64,000 nt of DNA, from the NCBI GenBank assembly GCA_050084985.1, contig JBITNC010000002.1, forward strand, positions 32,302,001 to 32,366,000. Direction: 5' to 3'. Shown here one piece after another: positions 27,291-39,500 of this stretch. The translations under genes and the position numbers were made by a program. Source of the stretch: Nageia nagi (lineage: Eukaryota > Plantae > Pinophyta). The notes under the pieces are model-generated. The model made no database searches, was not told where the DNA came from, and was given only the letters and a program-made list of their open reading frames with translations. Numbering within the stretch: the first letter of the stretch is position 1; the number at the start of each line of letters is the position of its first letter.

Positions 27291-28232
27291 CTAACTCCCC
27301 TTCTCCGAAAGTATCCAGAGTTGATTCTCGAACGTCGATACTGGCCACTGTTGGACAGGGGTGGGGATGCTAGCCAGAGGTGGAGCTGAACTGATTACTG
27401 GAGGTCTCCAAATCTGCTGTTGTGTTGTGGTTATTGGGAAATAGGGCATTGGCATACGGCTTGGTAATTTCCCAACTGCAATAAGGCATGATTCAGCATA
27501 TACTGCTTGTCTATAGACCTCCGAAAAGGTATTCACTCCGGAATTTTGGATTTGCAGAGAGAGATCCGGAGGAAAGGCTCTCAGGTAATACATCAAAGCT
27601 TGAAACTGCTGAGGCCTGACTGGCATGGGTACTCTCGTCCACGTTCTCTGGAATCTAATGTTGAAATCCGGGATGTTCTCTTGTTCAAACCTTTTGATTG
27701 ACGTGAACTGAGTGAGCAGAGAAAAGGGATCCCCTAGTTCATTAAACTCCAAGATAAAGGGCTCTGCCAGTTGAGCCCAGGTACTGATGGATCCATTAGA
27801 AAGGCCCCTGTACCAATCCAGGACCTTTCCTTTGAAAGACTGAGCCAGTAATCTCACCATAATATCTTCATGCTGAATATTGTGAATCTTTGCTAGGCCG
27901 GCTACATCCACACAGTGCTCATAAGCCGTTTTTTCTGAAGTTGCATCAAACTCCGGAAGGGTTTTAAAAACATTTGCTGGGATATCATGTAATACCGCCA
28001 GAGCTATGGGTACCCCATTGTCCCATTCCGGATAAATATTCTGAGCTGGATTAGCCATTCTAGGGAAGGTATCTCTAGTATGAAGATTGGATGGTTCTGG
28101 CTTGATAAAGGATTTTAGGGAGTCGATACTATTCAGAGACTTGGACTTGATCAGGGTCTTTCTCCTAGGAGTATCTAACTTCCCAAACTCTGGTGTTTCT
28201 TTTGCTGCTCTAGTTTTAGATCTTGTCCACAT
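27291..28232 (-). CDS. gag: Retrotransposon Gag (uninterrupted ORF, 313 aa from the first ATG)
   Basis: MWTRSK start; LPEFD...EH...QHEDIMVRLLAQSFKGKVLDWYRGLSNGSISTWAQL...KRFEQENIPDFNIRF is a Ty3/gypsy capsid motif set. Confidence 0.9.
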   Translation of the reverse strand: MWTRSKTRAAKETPEFGKLDTPRRKTLIKSKSLNSIDSLKSFIKPEPSNLHTRDTFPRMANPAQNIYPEWDNGVPIALAVLHDIPANVFKTLPEFDATSEKTAYEHCVDVAGLAKIHNIQHEDIMVRLLAQSFKGKVLDWYRGLSNGSISTWAQLAEPFILEFNELGDPFSLLTQFTSIKRFEQENIPDFNIRFQRTWTRVPMPVRPQQFQALMYYLRAFPPDLSLQIQNSGVNTFSEVYRQAVYAESCLIAVGKLPSRMPMPYFPITTTQQQIWRPPVISSAPPLASIPTPVQQWPVSTFENQLWILSEKGS

Positions 28233-28323
28233 AAACTCTAGATTGCAAAAGAAAATGACAGGTTCAAAGCACCATATGATACTCACAAATAATTTGCTTT
28301 AGTACATACCATGGATGGTGCTT

Positions 28324-28337
28324 CAGCAGAGTCGCCA
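28324..28337 (-). other. Second PBS-like motif TGGCGACTCTGCTG (tRNA-Arg, Ogre/Tat type)
   Basis: Reverse complement of CAGCAGAGTCGCCA; lies 14 nt downstream of the first PBS. Confidence 0.7.
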
Positions 28338-28351
28338 ATAAATTTCTTCGT

Positions 28352-28369
28352 GTCCCACCGGGCGTGCCA
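28352..28369 (-). other. Primer-binding site TGGCACGCCCGGTGGGAC (tRNA-Arg, probably UCU)
   Basis: 18-nt complement of a tRNA-like 3' end GTCCCACCGGGCGTG-CCA; 11 nt from the LTR edge. Confidence 0.85.
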
Positions 28370-28380
28370 AAAAGAAATAC

Positions 28381-29998
28381 TGTTGATTGAGATTGTGTAA
28401 TATGTGCGCCTGGAACAATCTTAACCAAAGTAGTTCACGAACAGACTGTGGGACGCAGCCTGATCTCCGGAGAAGGCCGGTTCCTTATCCATTGGGTAAA
28501 GAAAAAGTAACAGGAAAGAGATAAAAAGAGTAGGGAGCGAGAGATTCAAGCAAAAGGATAGGGTAACAAGAAAGGAAGTAAAAGGATAGGGTAACGAGAG
28601 AGGAAGTAAAGGGATAGGGTAACGAGAGAGAAAGCAAAGGGGTAGATCACTAGTTCAGCGTGGGCTTTCGTAGTGTGCGAAACCTTGGCCTGAATCTAGT
28701 GTCGCAGCCACAGAACAAGTTCTCACTCTCTGAATAGCTCCCCAGCTTCTACTCTACCATGTAGCAGACACAGTTATACTAGCAACCCGCAACTATTACT
28801 CAGGAAACAAGCTAAGCTGCCATAATGTAACCAAATTAAGAATAACAATTACGAGTGCTAGACAAGAAAGGTCAAGATGGTTTCATAGTACCGGACTGAA
28901 GCTACAGGTCTTCGAGAACAAATGAAAAGGGCAATACTAGGCTTTCGACCCCAGTTTCTCTTTATTTTCATATATTTATCTGTATTAATAACAGTTACAA
29001 GATTACAGAATAGAAACGTTTACAAAACGGCCGCAAGATTCTGGCCTTCTTGAACTGATATCACCTACATATGACACTTGGCCGACTGTTACAAAATTGG
29101 GCAGATCGCCGACGATTCGGTTCCCTGATGATGGCGCTCAGGTATTTTGCAGACTTCCTTCTCTCCCGGAATGTTCAATTCTCCAACTCGGACTCTTCGA
29201 TCTTTCATTGCGGCCTATTTTCCTCTGGACGCGGTCTTAATCCCAAATGTTAATCTTTCCCCTTCGCCTGACGTCAGCCTTGAATCTCCGGACTTCTTTA
29301 TTCACTGGCTCCGGACACTAAATTGCTCCTTGATGATGTTATCCATTCCGGGCTCCGGTTTGCTTTATGAATGTAAACTTTATATCTCCTTGTGACATCA
29401 CCTTTGAATCTCCGGAATTTCCCGCTCGCTGGTTCTGGATGCTAAATTTCTCTTTGCTGATGTCATCTGTTCCGGGCTTTTTAGTTCCCTTTGATGAACT
29501 CATCATCTCCGGACTCCGGTTCTTATTCAAAATGTGAACGTCGTTTCGCCTGTGACGTCATCTTTCTTTCCTCCGGAATGTTTTCCTTTATGGCTCCGGA
29601 TACTAAGTCGCTACCTGCTGACGTCACCCTCTTATTTCTCCGGAATGCTTTACTCAAAGGCTCCGGATACGAAGTTACTCCTTGCAGACGTCATCTTCAT
29701 ATATCCGGAATGCTTTGTTTCCTGGATACACTTGTGCTTACTTCGTCTTTTCCGGAACTTGGTCCTTGCCGAAATCTGACCGCCTTGCTGACATCATTTT
29801 GTTTCGAAATCTGGTCTTCACCAAAATATGACTATCTTATCCTCCGCAACGTCTCCATTCCATTCCGGGAAACTTTGCTCTGACTCAGGGCTGCTTTATC
29901 TGCTCCGAAAAAACTCCCGGGGATCTTAAAATAAATCCATGATTGAAGTAAAGTACCCCGGGGCTTTACTTCAAGGATTTACTATGTAGGAATCTACA
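28381..29998 (-). repeat. 5' LTR of the young element (1618 bp)
   Basis: Near-identical to 25503-27121; adjacent to the PBS. Confidence 0.95.
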
Positions 29999-31409
29999 AT
30001 AATATTTGAAAATTTAATAAGATGACTCATTGTGGGAACTTGAAATATTTATATACTTATTGATAAGGGTTTATTATCATATCATTTTAGGTTTATTTTA
30101 TCACCTAAAGTAGACCCTAGGAGGTTCTTTAATTTAGTATTTACTTCTTGCAAGGTTTGTACAAGGAGAGGAAGACACTCTTTTTCTACTAACAACTTTC
30201 TACCTTGTGGATTGGACAAGATTTTATTGAGTACCTCAATAGAATTAGGGGGAATTTCTTCATCTACAAACTAATCATGGTCACTATCTTTGAGATCCTT
30301 ATTTTTTATAGAATTATTACTATCTTTTGAAGTACTATCATATTCAATAGTAGGATTTAGCTTTCATTACATTTCACTTTATCAACTTGGTACATTAGCA
30401 TAATTTTTTGGTTCCCTAGTCTTCTTAGGTTGTAAAATGGGATATTCTTGAGGTTCTTAATTTGTAACAATGGTGTATCCATGTTTGAAACATTTAAAAT
30501 AAAATATTAGTCCTATTCAAAAATCTTAGACTTTTTGGCACAACTAGTAAAATATGAAGTGATGTGTCAAAAAGAAGTAAGATTCACCAATTATTATAAT
30601 CAAAATAATAATTTATTAGGATTATTTAAATTATTCAATTTAACCAATTAAACATGAGATAGGAGTAAATAACAAAAATATAAGTGATGAAAATGATTTG
30701 ATTAACTGGATTGATCTTAATATATCAAATTAGATTAACAAAAGATACAAACTTGTACTTTACCTATCACTATGAATGAAATAGATATTCAATAGAGAGA
30801 GGATAAATGATAAGCTTATGTAAAATATGGAACCACCAATCTGACCTTAACCTAATGATGGTGCTTAGATCCTAGCAATGTCACCCAACTACCATTCTAA
30901 TTCACCTTTCCCTTTCACTTGATATTGTTGTCACACCTTAGATGCTTGTAATATCATACACAAGTGGGTTCAAAAGATCATAAGAATGCAGAACTTAGTG
31001 TATAAAAAAATCTAGATATGATGTGTGATGTTGAGAAACATCGATAAAAAAGGACATAAGAATATTACCACCTATCAAAGATTCTAGATCATGTCATGAT
31101 TTCTCATGCATAATCCTTCCACCTTTATAGATAGCAAGTCTAGTGCCAAGGCTCCTTCTTGGGCCTATGGTGCACATGGGATAAGACTCCTTCTTGGGAT
31201 TATATTTAGATTGACCTACTATCAAAAAACATAAAGGTAGATAAGAATGCACTAGGATAAGAGAATTTATTTAATTAAATAAATAAAATATTTCAAATAC
31301 CTAAAAGGGTATTTTAATTAAATTAAAATTACCTTTTAGGTGTTAACAGGTGTAATCAAATTATTTTAGAATATATAGTACAATTACATCATTTCAAAAT
31401 ATATATTAT

Positions 31410-31790
31410 GCTTTATAGTCTCAATTATGTCCAAATGATTCAAATATGCTATATAGTTTCAACATAAGATGTAGCACTAGGGAACCACATATTTTTCTAT
31501 ATTTGGCTAAGTATTAAAAGCATGTTTTTGCCAACTTACCACTTCTAGACTAGTATAGTTATATCATTTTAGAACATAGGGTAGATAAGGCCATATTTTC
31601 ATTTTTAGTCACATAAACTTTTGGATCCTACTTTTAGACACAAATATTATGATCTATAGTTTCAATTATACTCAAATATTTCAAATATGGTCTACAATTT
31701 CAACATAAGATGCAACACTTGGGAACATATTTATTGTATGTTTGGCTAAGTATTAGAATCATACTTTGGCCAACTCACCACTTGGTAAAG
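31410..31790. repeat. Diverged direct duplication with ~240-bp period
   Basis: TATAGT.TCAATTAT...TTTCAACATAAGATG...TTTGGCTAAGTATTA...CCAACT.ACCACTT occurs at ~31410-31545 and ~31655-31785. Confidence 0.75.
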
Positions 31791-33398
31791 TAACCTTTTA
31801 TTTCTTTTTATACTTGGACTTATTAAATCATTTAATATAATATGTTTGTGCATTTAGATAATTTCATATGGTGCACTCAAGATAATTTCATATCCATGGA
31901 TTGGATCATTATTGAAATGTGAATAGGATTTCCTTTAGGTGTTGTTAGTCCTTGTATTAAGATGAGTAAGGATTAAATGATGATTGGTCAGTTCTACTAA
32001 GCCATCATTCAGGAGCCCATGTCCAAAACTATGATTGAGCTACACATTAAATCTTAGGTCACTAAGGATTTCATATTTTAGAAGCATTCTTCTGGTTTCA
32101 AGATTATACATATTTTTAAAAAATAATAATGATTTGGTAGTGGGTGTTACTTGCCTTCTTAAATTATAAGGTGGTGAGTACTACTTGCCCCCTTAAAATA
32201 TAAGGTGGTGGGTATACATTATCACCTTAAATACCCAAAGGATGATTTAAGGATCTTAGGAAATGGTAAATTTAATTTTATGATAATGATTTATTATGAT
32301 AATGATCCTAATTTATAAATATATATGTACAATTATAATATCTATTACTTCTACCATCAATAGCATACTACCTACCATATTCTAGAATGCCAAATTTTAT
32401 GATTTAATCTTAACCATTAATATCTATTTTTCTAATATTATCATTCTTAACCATACATTTTGAAATATTATAAGATGCTAAATCATCTTCTACTTTTTTA
32501 AAAATGTGTATTTGAGATCATTCATATAGCTTTTAGTATGATGATATGTCATTTATACTAAAATGGACATGTCATTTATACTAAAATGGACATGTGGTTC
32601 CCCAATTCAAGTGGGTAAAAACTTATTTTTATAAATTATGATATTTGTTTAACTATTTTCTTAATTTCCCTCTCTCATGTGTACATTTATTTCCCTTTTT
32701 ATTTATTATTATCTCAATCATGTTTGATTGAGATATATCAAGGGAATTTTAAGTAGTAGATTACAAACATATGTTCGTGATATAAAAATATGATTTCACT
32801 TCCCTTATCTTTGTCTTAATTAATAATGTAATGGTTTCTATTTTTTCTATTTTTATTATTGAAATACCTTGTATACATATTTTTTATTTCTTTATCTAAA
32901 CTAAGTTTTTCCTATATTAAATTTTTTTAGCTATTATCAATTATAACCCTCTTGATTTTTCTATGATTAGAAAAATCTTCAAAGTAAAGAGGAATGCTTT
33001 GGGATGGTATTTTTTACTTCGGTATGCCCACTTAATCAAATAAAGATTTCATTATGCATCTCTAAGATATCAAATTATTTGTATAAAAGATTTTATATTA
33101 AATTTTATTTTTGCTTTAGGATATTTTAAAAATTTCAATAAATGTCCAAATGGTCCTTTTATTATGATAATAATTCCATAAGAGATATCTTAGATTGTAT
33201 TTTCTTCAGTTGATCAAATATCATACTATTATATAATCTTTTTTGGATGGCTAGGAAGGTCTTAAGTATTTGGATTATTCTTTGTAATTGAGATTAGATT
33301 GCTTTCTGATTATGATTGATTTGGTTACTTGCAGACTTTTACCAATTATTCTAAAAAAAATAAAAAAATCTTATTGATAATATTACATATTCATATAT

Positions 33399-34298
33399 GG
33401 AGATGACTATCTAGCCTATAGAATTCCTCCCTCCCATACTTTGATAAGATGTTTCGTTGGTATGCATGCATGACCCGATCAACCATGCCATGGGGGTTAT
33501 ACAAGCTTTGATTATTGTTAACTAGACATGCTTCAATTAACCCTCCATATGCATGGGTCATCGAATCATGCCTATCATGGCATGGAATCACCCCTCATGA
33601 TCATCTTGGATTAATAAAACTTTGTTTAGCCCATCTACTTTACAATATTTGATTAACCTTTCCTTATACAATGTTCAATTAAATTTTTTTGAAATATCAT
33701 TCAATTAGTATGGTATAAATACCTTTTGATTATGCAATATTAACTAATGTTCAATTAACCCCCTATATCAACTAACTATTCTTGGCTAAGCATTGCTCAA
33801 TTAACCTATAAATTGATGATGCTTGATTAACCCCTTGATATTGATGACATTTGATTAACCTCAATTATCTTGGGCTCACCACCTTGAATGTTTATCTTGC
33901 ATATCAAGGACATCATTAATGGCTTGGGTTAATAGAAATTTGTTTATATCATTTATACATAGGTTAATTAACCCATACATCATATCATCTCATTTTAAAT
34001 TTGAATGGGTGCCAACCACCTTACATGCATCCATTAATGTAGAGGTTAATCAAACTTCAAATAGGAGCTATATGTAGGTCGATTAACCTCCAACACTTGT
34101 GGTTTAACACATGTAAAGGACTTTTGGGTTAATTGAATTCTATTTATTAGGTTAAATAAAGTTCAATTAACTACCTTTAAATAAAATGAAAAGAATCATT
34201 CTCATTTGTATTTTTCTATGCATGCTTAGATGTGGATGTTATAGGGATCTCTCGAACTGGTAATAAAGCTCTATACCAAGTAAGGTTTCTAATTTCTA
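33399..34298 (+). repeat. Left TIR (~900 bp)
   Basis: Reverse-complement collinear with 45548-46615; built from many (A/G)ATTAACC motifs. Confidence 0.88.
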
Positions 34299-34964
34299 AA
34301 GAGATTATACAAAAAATTATTTACATAGAATTAGATCATGTTAACCATAGGGATTTTAACCAGGCCATTTTTTTGAAATGAAAATAATTTTAATTTTGTC
34401 CAAATAATTTTACCATCTAATTGTGTCCAAATAATTCTACCATCTAATTGGTATAGTACTCTAGAATTACTCTATGAAGAACCCTAATTATCCTTGAGAT
34501 TAGAATCATGCTAGTTATTTTCAATGATTCCACATCTTGATTTAGACTTATTGGGATGACTACCTTAGTAGAATAGTATTTAAAGCCAACAATTCATATA
34601 TCCTATCCATAGAATCATGCCAGTATTGCATTAGATATTATCAATAATTTTTAATTTTAATAATCATATTTGATCAATAATTTTTAATAGTAGTTTATGG
34701 TCTACTTTTGTTGAAATAATTGTTGTCTGTACAAATTTTGAATCATTCTATAGATAATTTACTACATATTTTAATGAATTGGGATATAACCTTATGAAAA
34801 TCTTTGATACATAAAAATTAAACTAGTATTGTATGTATTCTACTTGTATGTAAATGTGATTATTATAAATACTTTAACAACATAAGTGACTTGTATTGTA
34901 TTATTCTTGGTATGATCATTATACATGCAATGTGTATGTACTGATGTGTTTTAATAATGCATAG

Positions 34965-35032
34965 TGGAAGAGAACCTTTAGTTACTTCAATTGAGGGTTT
35001 GGCTTGTGGTGGTGGCATTAAATTTGAAATGG
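34965..35032 (+). pseudogene. Captured exon resembling enoyl-CoA hydratase / peroxisomal multifunctional protein (AIM1/MFP2-like)
   Basis: After a CATAG acceptor: GREPLVTSIEGLACGGGIKFEM, versus the recalled motif KKPSVAAIEGLALGGGLELAM. Confidence 0.55.
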
Positions 35033-35879
35033 ATGGTATTTATTTATGCAATAATGTTAGAATTATGCTAGTAAACAATTTACTTATTAATTTTGATCTC
35101 ATTCACTTGTAACAGGTTGATACTAATTATACACATGGTGTACACAACACATGGCATACTTGTAGGAGACATGATAAGTTGAGATAACCATTGTGATATT
35201 GGTAGATGTTATTTTACCACATTTGCCAATTTAGTTTCTAGGACCTTTAATAACCATAGGATGTACCAACATGAAGGTTTACCATCTATACCAAAACTAA
35301 AAAGGGGTAGGATGACAACAACTTCAAACCATCAACATATGCCCAACAAAATACTTGAAAAGAAAATAAAGTCTTGAAAATGTATTTCATAGAAATTATA
35401 GCTTTAAATGAAATAGATTGGTGAAGGTTACAATTATCAATGAGAAAGTGACTCCAAAATTAGAGTTATCAACAAAATTATGGGAAAATATTACTGCATA
35501 AATGTTGAAATATGATTCATATGAAAACACAAAAGCTTGTTGGAGGCTACATTTGATAAATGAACATAGAAATGTACCTATATTAGTTTTTGCTAGTCAA
35601 ATATTTATAGTTATTTTCATATCTAGTGCATTGATGTATATTTTTCATATTTAGGGTGCACCCTAACCTATATCTTTGGAGGATTTATAAGAATTAAGAG
35701 AACCATCTATCATACACTTTAGAGAGTCCAAATATGTTAATAGAATTGAATATGAAATGTTTCATAATGGAGATACTAATGCTAGAGAAGGGAGAAATGT
35801 TACCAATGAAAATGAATCATTACAAAATCCCCCATATGAGGAGGTGAACATATGATTCTTATTTATGTTCTTTAGTATT

Positions 35880-37170
35880 GTGATATTTTTTAGAAATTAA
35901 CAATATCATTAATATTTTATACTCCATTTATTATGCTCCATGCAAAGAGATGTTAATACCAATGCATTAGTATATAATTCTCAACCTTCTAGTGATACAA
36001 ATGCTTCTTATGTTTTGAGCTTGATAAAGGAGGGGAGCATATAAATGTGTATTGTAATGATATTAAATAGTGTTCCTATTATAGGAAATGAGAAAACAAT
36101 TCATATTATAAATTAGATAGCAATATTTTTTAAAATTAATAATATCATTAATATTTTATATTCTATTTATTTTTCTTCATTCATAGAGTTGGTGAGACCA
36201 ATGCATCGATAGAGAATACGTGACCTTCTAGTGAGATAAAATGTTCTCATGTTTTGAGCCCAATACAAGAGGTGAGCATATAAATGTGTATTATAATGAC
36301 ATTCAAAAGTATTTCTATTATAGGAAATGAGAAAACAATTCATATTATAAATTACATAACTTGATCTTGATGCCTATTAGTCTTATAACGTTGCACATTT
36401 ATGCAAATTGATGTTATCATATAGACACCTTTTATTCAAGATGTGGGGAATGCAATATAGGAAAATGGGAGACAAAAAAATGAATAAAATGGGATACATG
36501 AAAATGAATAAAATACAAATTATGGTAATAAGAATCTAGTATATAGTTTATTCCTTATGCCACTTGAGAGCTAACCTTGCAATGAGTTTTGTACTCAGTT
36601 TAATATTTATCCTTCTATTTATCATAATTGTATGTGACACAGAAAAGTGCTATGGAAGAAATAAATAGTTCAAATGCAAATGCAAATAAATGAAAGGGGA
36701 AATAAGAAAACACAAATTATGGTACTTCGAATAAGGTATATAGTTTGTTTCTACTACCACTTGAGAGTCAACATTACAATGAGTTTTGTACTTAGCTTAA
36801 TATTTATAGTTGTATTTATCATAATTCTATGTTAGACAAGTTAGTGCTACACAAGTTTGTGCTATTGAATGTATTATGCAAGAAAATGAAGAAAATTCAA
36901 ATTATAGCACTTCCATTGAGGTATATAATTCATTTTTATTGTACATGTAGCTATTGTAATTCGAATTTTATCATTGTACTTAGTTTAATATTTATCCTCC
37001 TATTTATCATAATTGTATGTGACATAGGAAAGTGTTATGCAAAAAATAAAAAGTTCAAATGCAAATGCAAAAGAGAAGAAGATACAAAACAAGATAAAAG
37101 AAAATGTAGATGGTAGTAGTTGATTTAGGTATGCAGTTCATTTTTACTATACTTGTAGCTATTGTGTTTT
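35880..37170. repeat. Two internal tandem duplications (~240 bp x2 at 35880-36360; ~180-200 bp x3-4 at 36500-37170)
   Basis: Repeated AATATCATTAATATTTTATA...ATAGGAAATGAGAAAACAATTCATATT and TTTAATATTTAT...ATTTATCATAATT blocks. Confidence 0.75.
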
Positions 37171-37256
37171 GAATTTTATTCCCTACTATCTTTTAGTGCA
37201 CTTGATAGTATGTCCAATTTTCTATTTTTCCATGCATTTCTTGTGTTTGTGAGTGT

Positions 37257-37870
37257 GATCAATGTCCTTACTCTTTGAACATCATCCCAACTACCTACTT
37301 CAACATAAATATTTGAAATAAGAATATAATATGGAGAATATTTAGGCTCCAATAAAAATAGTATTATTTCCATAAATTCCCTTATTCCTACATTCTTACA
37401 TCATCTATAAGCACCAAGAAAACACATCCACACACCCAATTCACATTTTGTGGGAATCTTGATAATGAAGTTCAAAGATTCCTCAAGATAGCCTATATGA
37501 AAAAAGAAGGTCAACAATGCATGCATAATGATTCACCCTAGGCATATTGTGATAAGATTCACTCATAATATTAAAATACTTATAGACCTTATCCACTAGA
37601 CTTGCATGGTTTAATGCAAGTAGAACACATACAAAAGTTATATTAGGCCTTGTGTATTATTCAAAATTTATCTACATATCTATCAAGGCATTCATAACTA
37701 CAACATTAATTTCAAAAATATTTTAAACTACTCTTCGGTGGATGTCCATATCTTCCTTTAGAGTTGCAATGATGGCACATGCTTGAATAATGTTGGAAAA
37801 GGTTGTAGAGTTTACCTTTACACCTAATAATTGCATCTTCTTAAAAGTATATAGAACCATTTTAGACAAT
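37257..37870 (-). pseudogene. PLS/E-class pentatricopeptide-repeat gene fragment
   Basis: FKKMQLLGVKVNSTTFSNIIQACA...VVVMNALIDM...ITFVCVLLALNHASLVDK...HYACIVDLL...LEPKYSPYYILISNIYVEVGSWDDVQRVR; contains stops and an internal deletion. Confidence 0.9.
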
Positions 37871-39500
37871 CATTTTCAATTACTCTTTGATGTATGTATA
37901 TACCTTATTATAGAGCTCCCATTAAGGCACTTACTAGAATAATATTGGTAAATATTTTAGAGTCTAGCTTTACTCTTGACATTTGCATTCCCTTGAATGG
38001 CATCCTTGTTGTAGCCATGAATTGCATATCCTTAAATAATATTATATCCATGAAAATATATCTTCTTCATATATATTATCAAACCATTATTTTATACTCC
38101 ATTTATTTTGGTCCATGGAAACATGTGGTGAGTTATTTATAACTAATTCAGATGGAAATGATATTGGGGTCTATGATAAAACCCCACATCCTTCACAAAG
38201 CATCAAATACAAGGTGATGTGTCAATTTCACCATATCAACTTTAATGTATCAATTTAACTACTTACCATATTTGAGTATAATTGATCTTTTTAATGGTCC
38301 CATGTAGGCCCAAGGTGGAGGTATTCTTCTTAAATCCAACATTACCCAATTTGGTAGATTTTACCCCAAGGATAAAAGAACAAAACTCTACACAAATTAT
38401 TTCAAGGAAAATAAAGGCCAAAATAGTGAAGGTGTTAATGGGTTAAGTGCTTTTAGTGTGCTTGTTTTAAATTTTTTTAATTGGTTACATAAAAACCTAA
38501 GAAGGTTTCCATCAAAATAAGCACTTCATAAAATTATAATATATGGAATTAAGGAGTGAAGAGATATGTGTGACAAAGAATAATATAAATAAAAGTACCT
38601 TGATGGGAAGTTTGAGATGTTGATATGTTGTAGAGGAAAGTTTGAACTCTTTCAATGTGAGTTTAATACCTTGTTGTGTTCATATCAAAAATCATTGATG
38701 AATTATGTCCATATCTGAGTGGTCTTAACTCATTTGATTCTATGTGGGAATAATTCATACAAAATGATAAAATAGGTATTTATGTAGTTACTTGGGATGC
38801 ACATTTTTTTATTCTATTGGTGGAAGATGTTATATACTATGTAATTGATACCAATGGGTATCATTTGTAGGATGATAGTTCAAAATGTTTTATATTGAAA
38901 TTTGACATGAAAAAAAAATTGCACAAGAATGGAGAACTAAAATGCATAAGCAAGAAATCTTGTAAAGAATATTTAACAAAATTTTTGACTCCATAATGAT
39001 TGAAGGAAGCATAAAAAAACTTGACCCAAGGTTAGATTCTATCCACACATATGATGAACTAGCTACAATTTTCACTCAACTTGATATCATATGATGGACT
39101 TAATAGTGAAGGAAACATTGAATGTAAACAAAAACCATCTAAAATAATAAAAAACACTCATATAACTCCCTATGGGTTGAGAGAAAAAGAAAGAGAGAAG
39201 TGGTTCAAAGATCAAAATAGTATTACAAGGAACAAGAAGGATATACATTTATAGTATAATACACTTTTATGTATGTATATGTATATCTTTTGGTAACATG
39301 AAACTATATATGTATATTGTGTGCTTCAATAGAGTTATATAAAGATTCTATATACTATGTGCTTTGGTAGGGTTGTATAAATATTTTCACTTTTTTGGGT
39401 AAGTGATTAGATTGCATGACATTTATGAAACTATGAGTGATAAAAAAACTATGGGATCTTTACATTACTGTTCTTCACATGAAATATTTAAATATGTATA

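Larger units (their letters stand above)
25503..29998 (-). mobile_element. Young non-autonomous gag-only LTR retrotransposon (TR-GAG-like), 4496 bp
   Basis: TG...CA LTRs at 25503-27121 and 28381-29998; TSD ATAAT at 25498-25502 and 29999-30003; the 1259-bp interior holds only gag; CpGs are retained. Confidence 0.95.
23900..31348 (-). mobile_element. Old truncated Ty3/gypsy remnant (LTR ~30592-31348, PBS region ~30530-30590, gag ~24000-25300), interrupted by a younger element
   Basis: Minus strand 24620-24780 reads FDNDDVLLAKLFPLIL*ANPFLWFTNLPNESIT (retrotransposon gag motif); LTR-like terminus TGTTAACACC at 31348; degenerate TGG-type PBS motifs near 30560-30590. No partner LTR found. Confidence 0.6.

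Noticed and set aside
28352-28369. tRNA gene
   Set aside because: Only the 18-nt 3' end including CCA is present; it is a PBS, not a cloverleaf.
32547-32594. Perfect 23-bp tandem duplication (also ~35-bp repeats at 32137-32217)
   Set aside because: Ordinary slippage or repair duplication with no further structure.
38100-39130. Exon-like segments with GT/AG borders on the minus strand
   Set aside because: Translations contain stops and match nothing I recognise.
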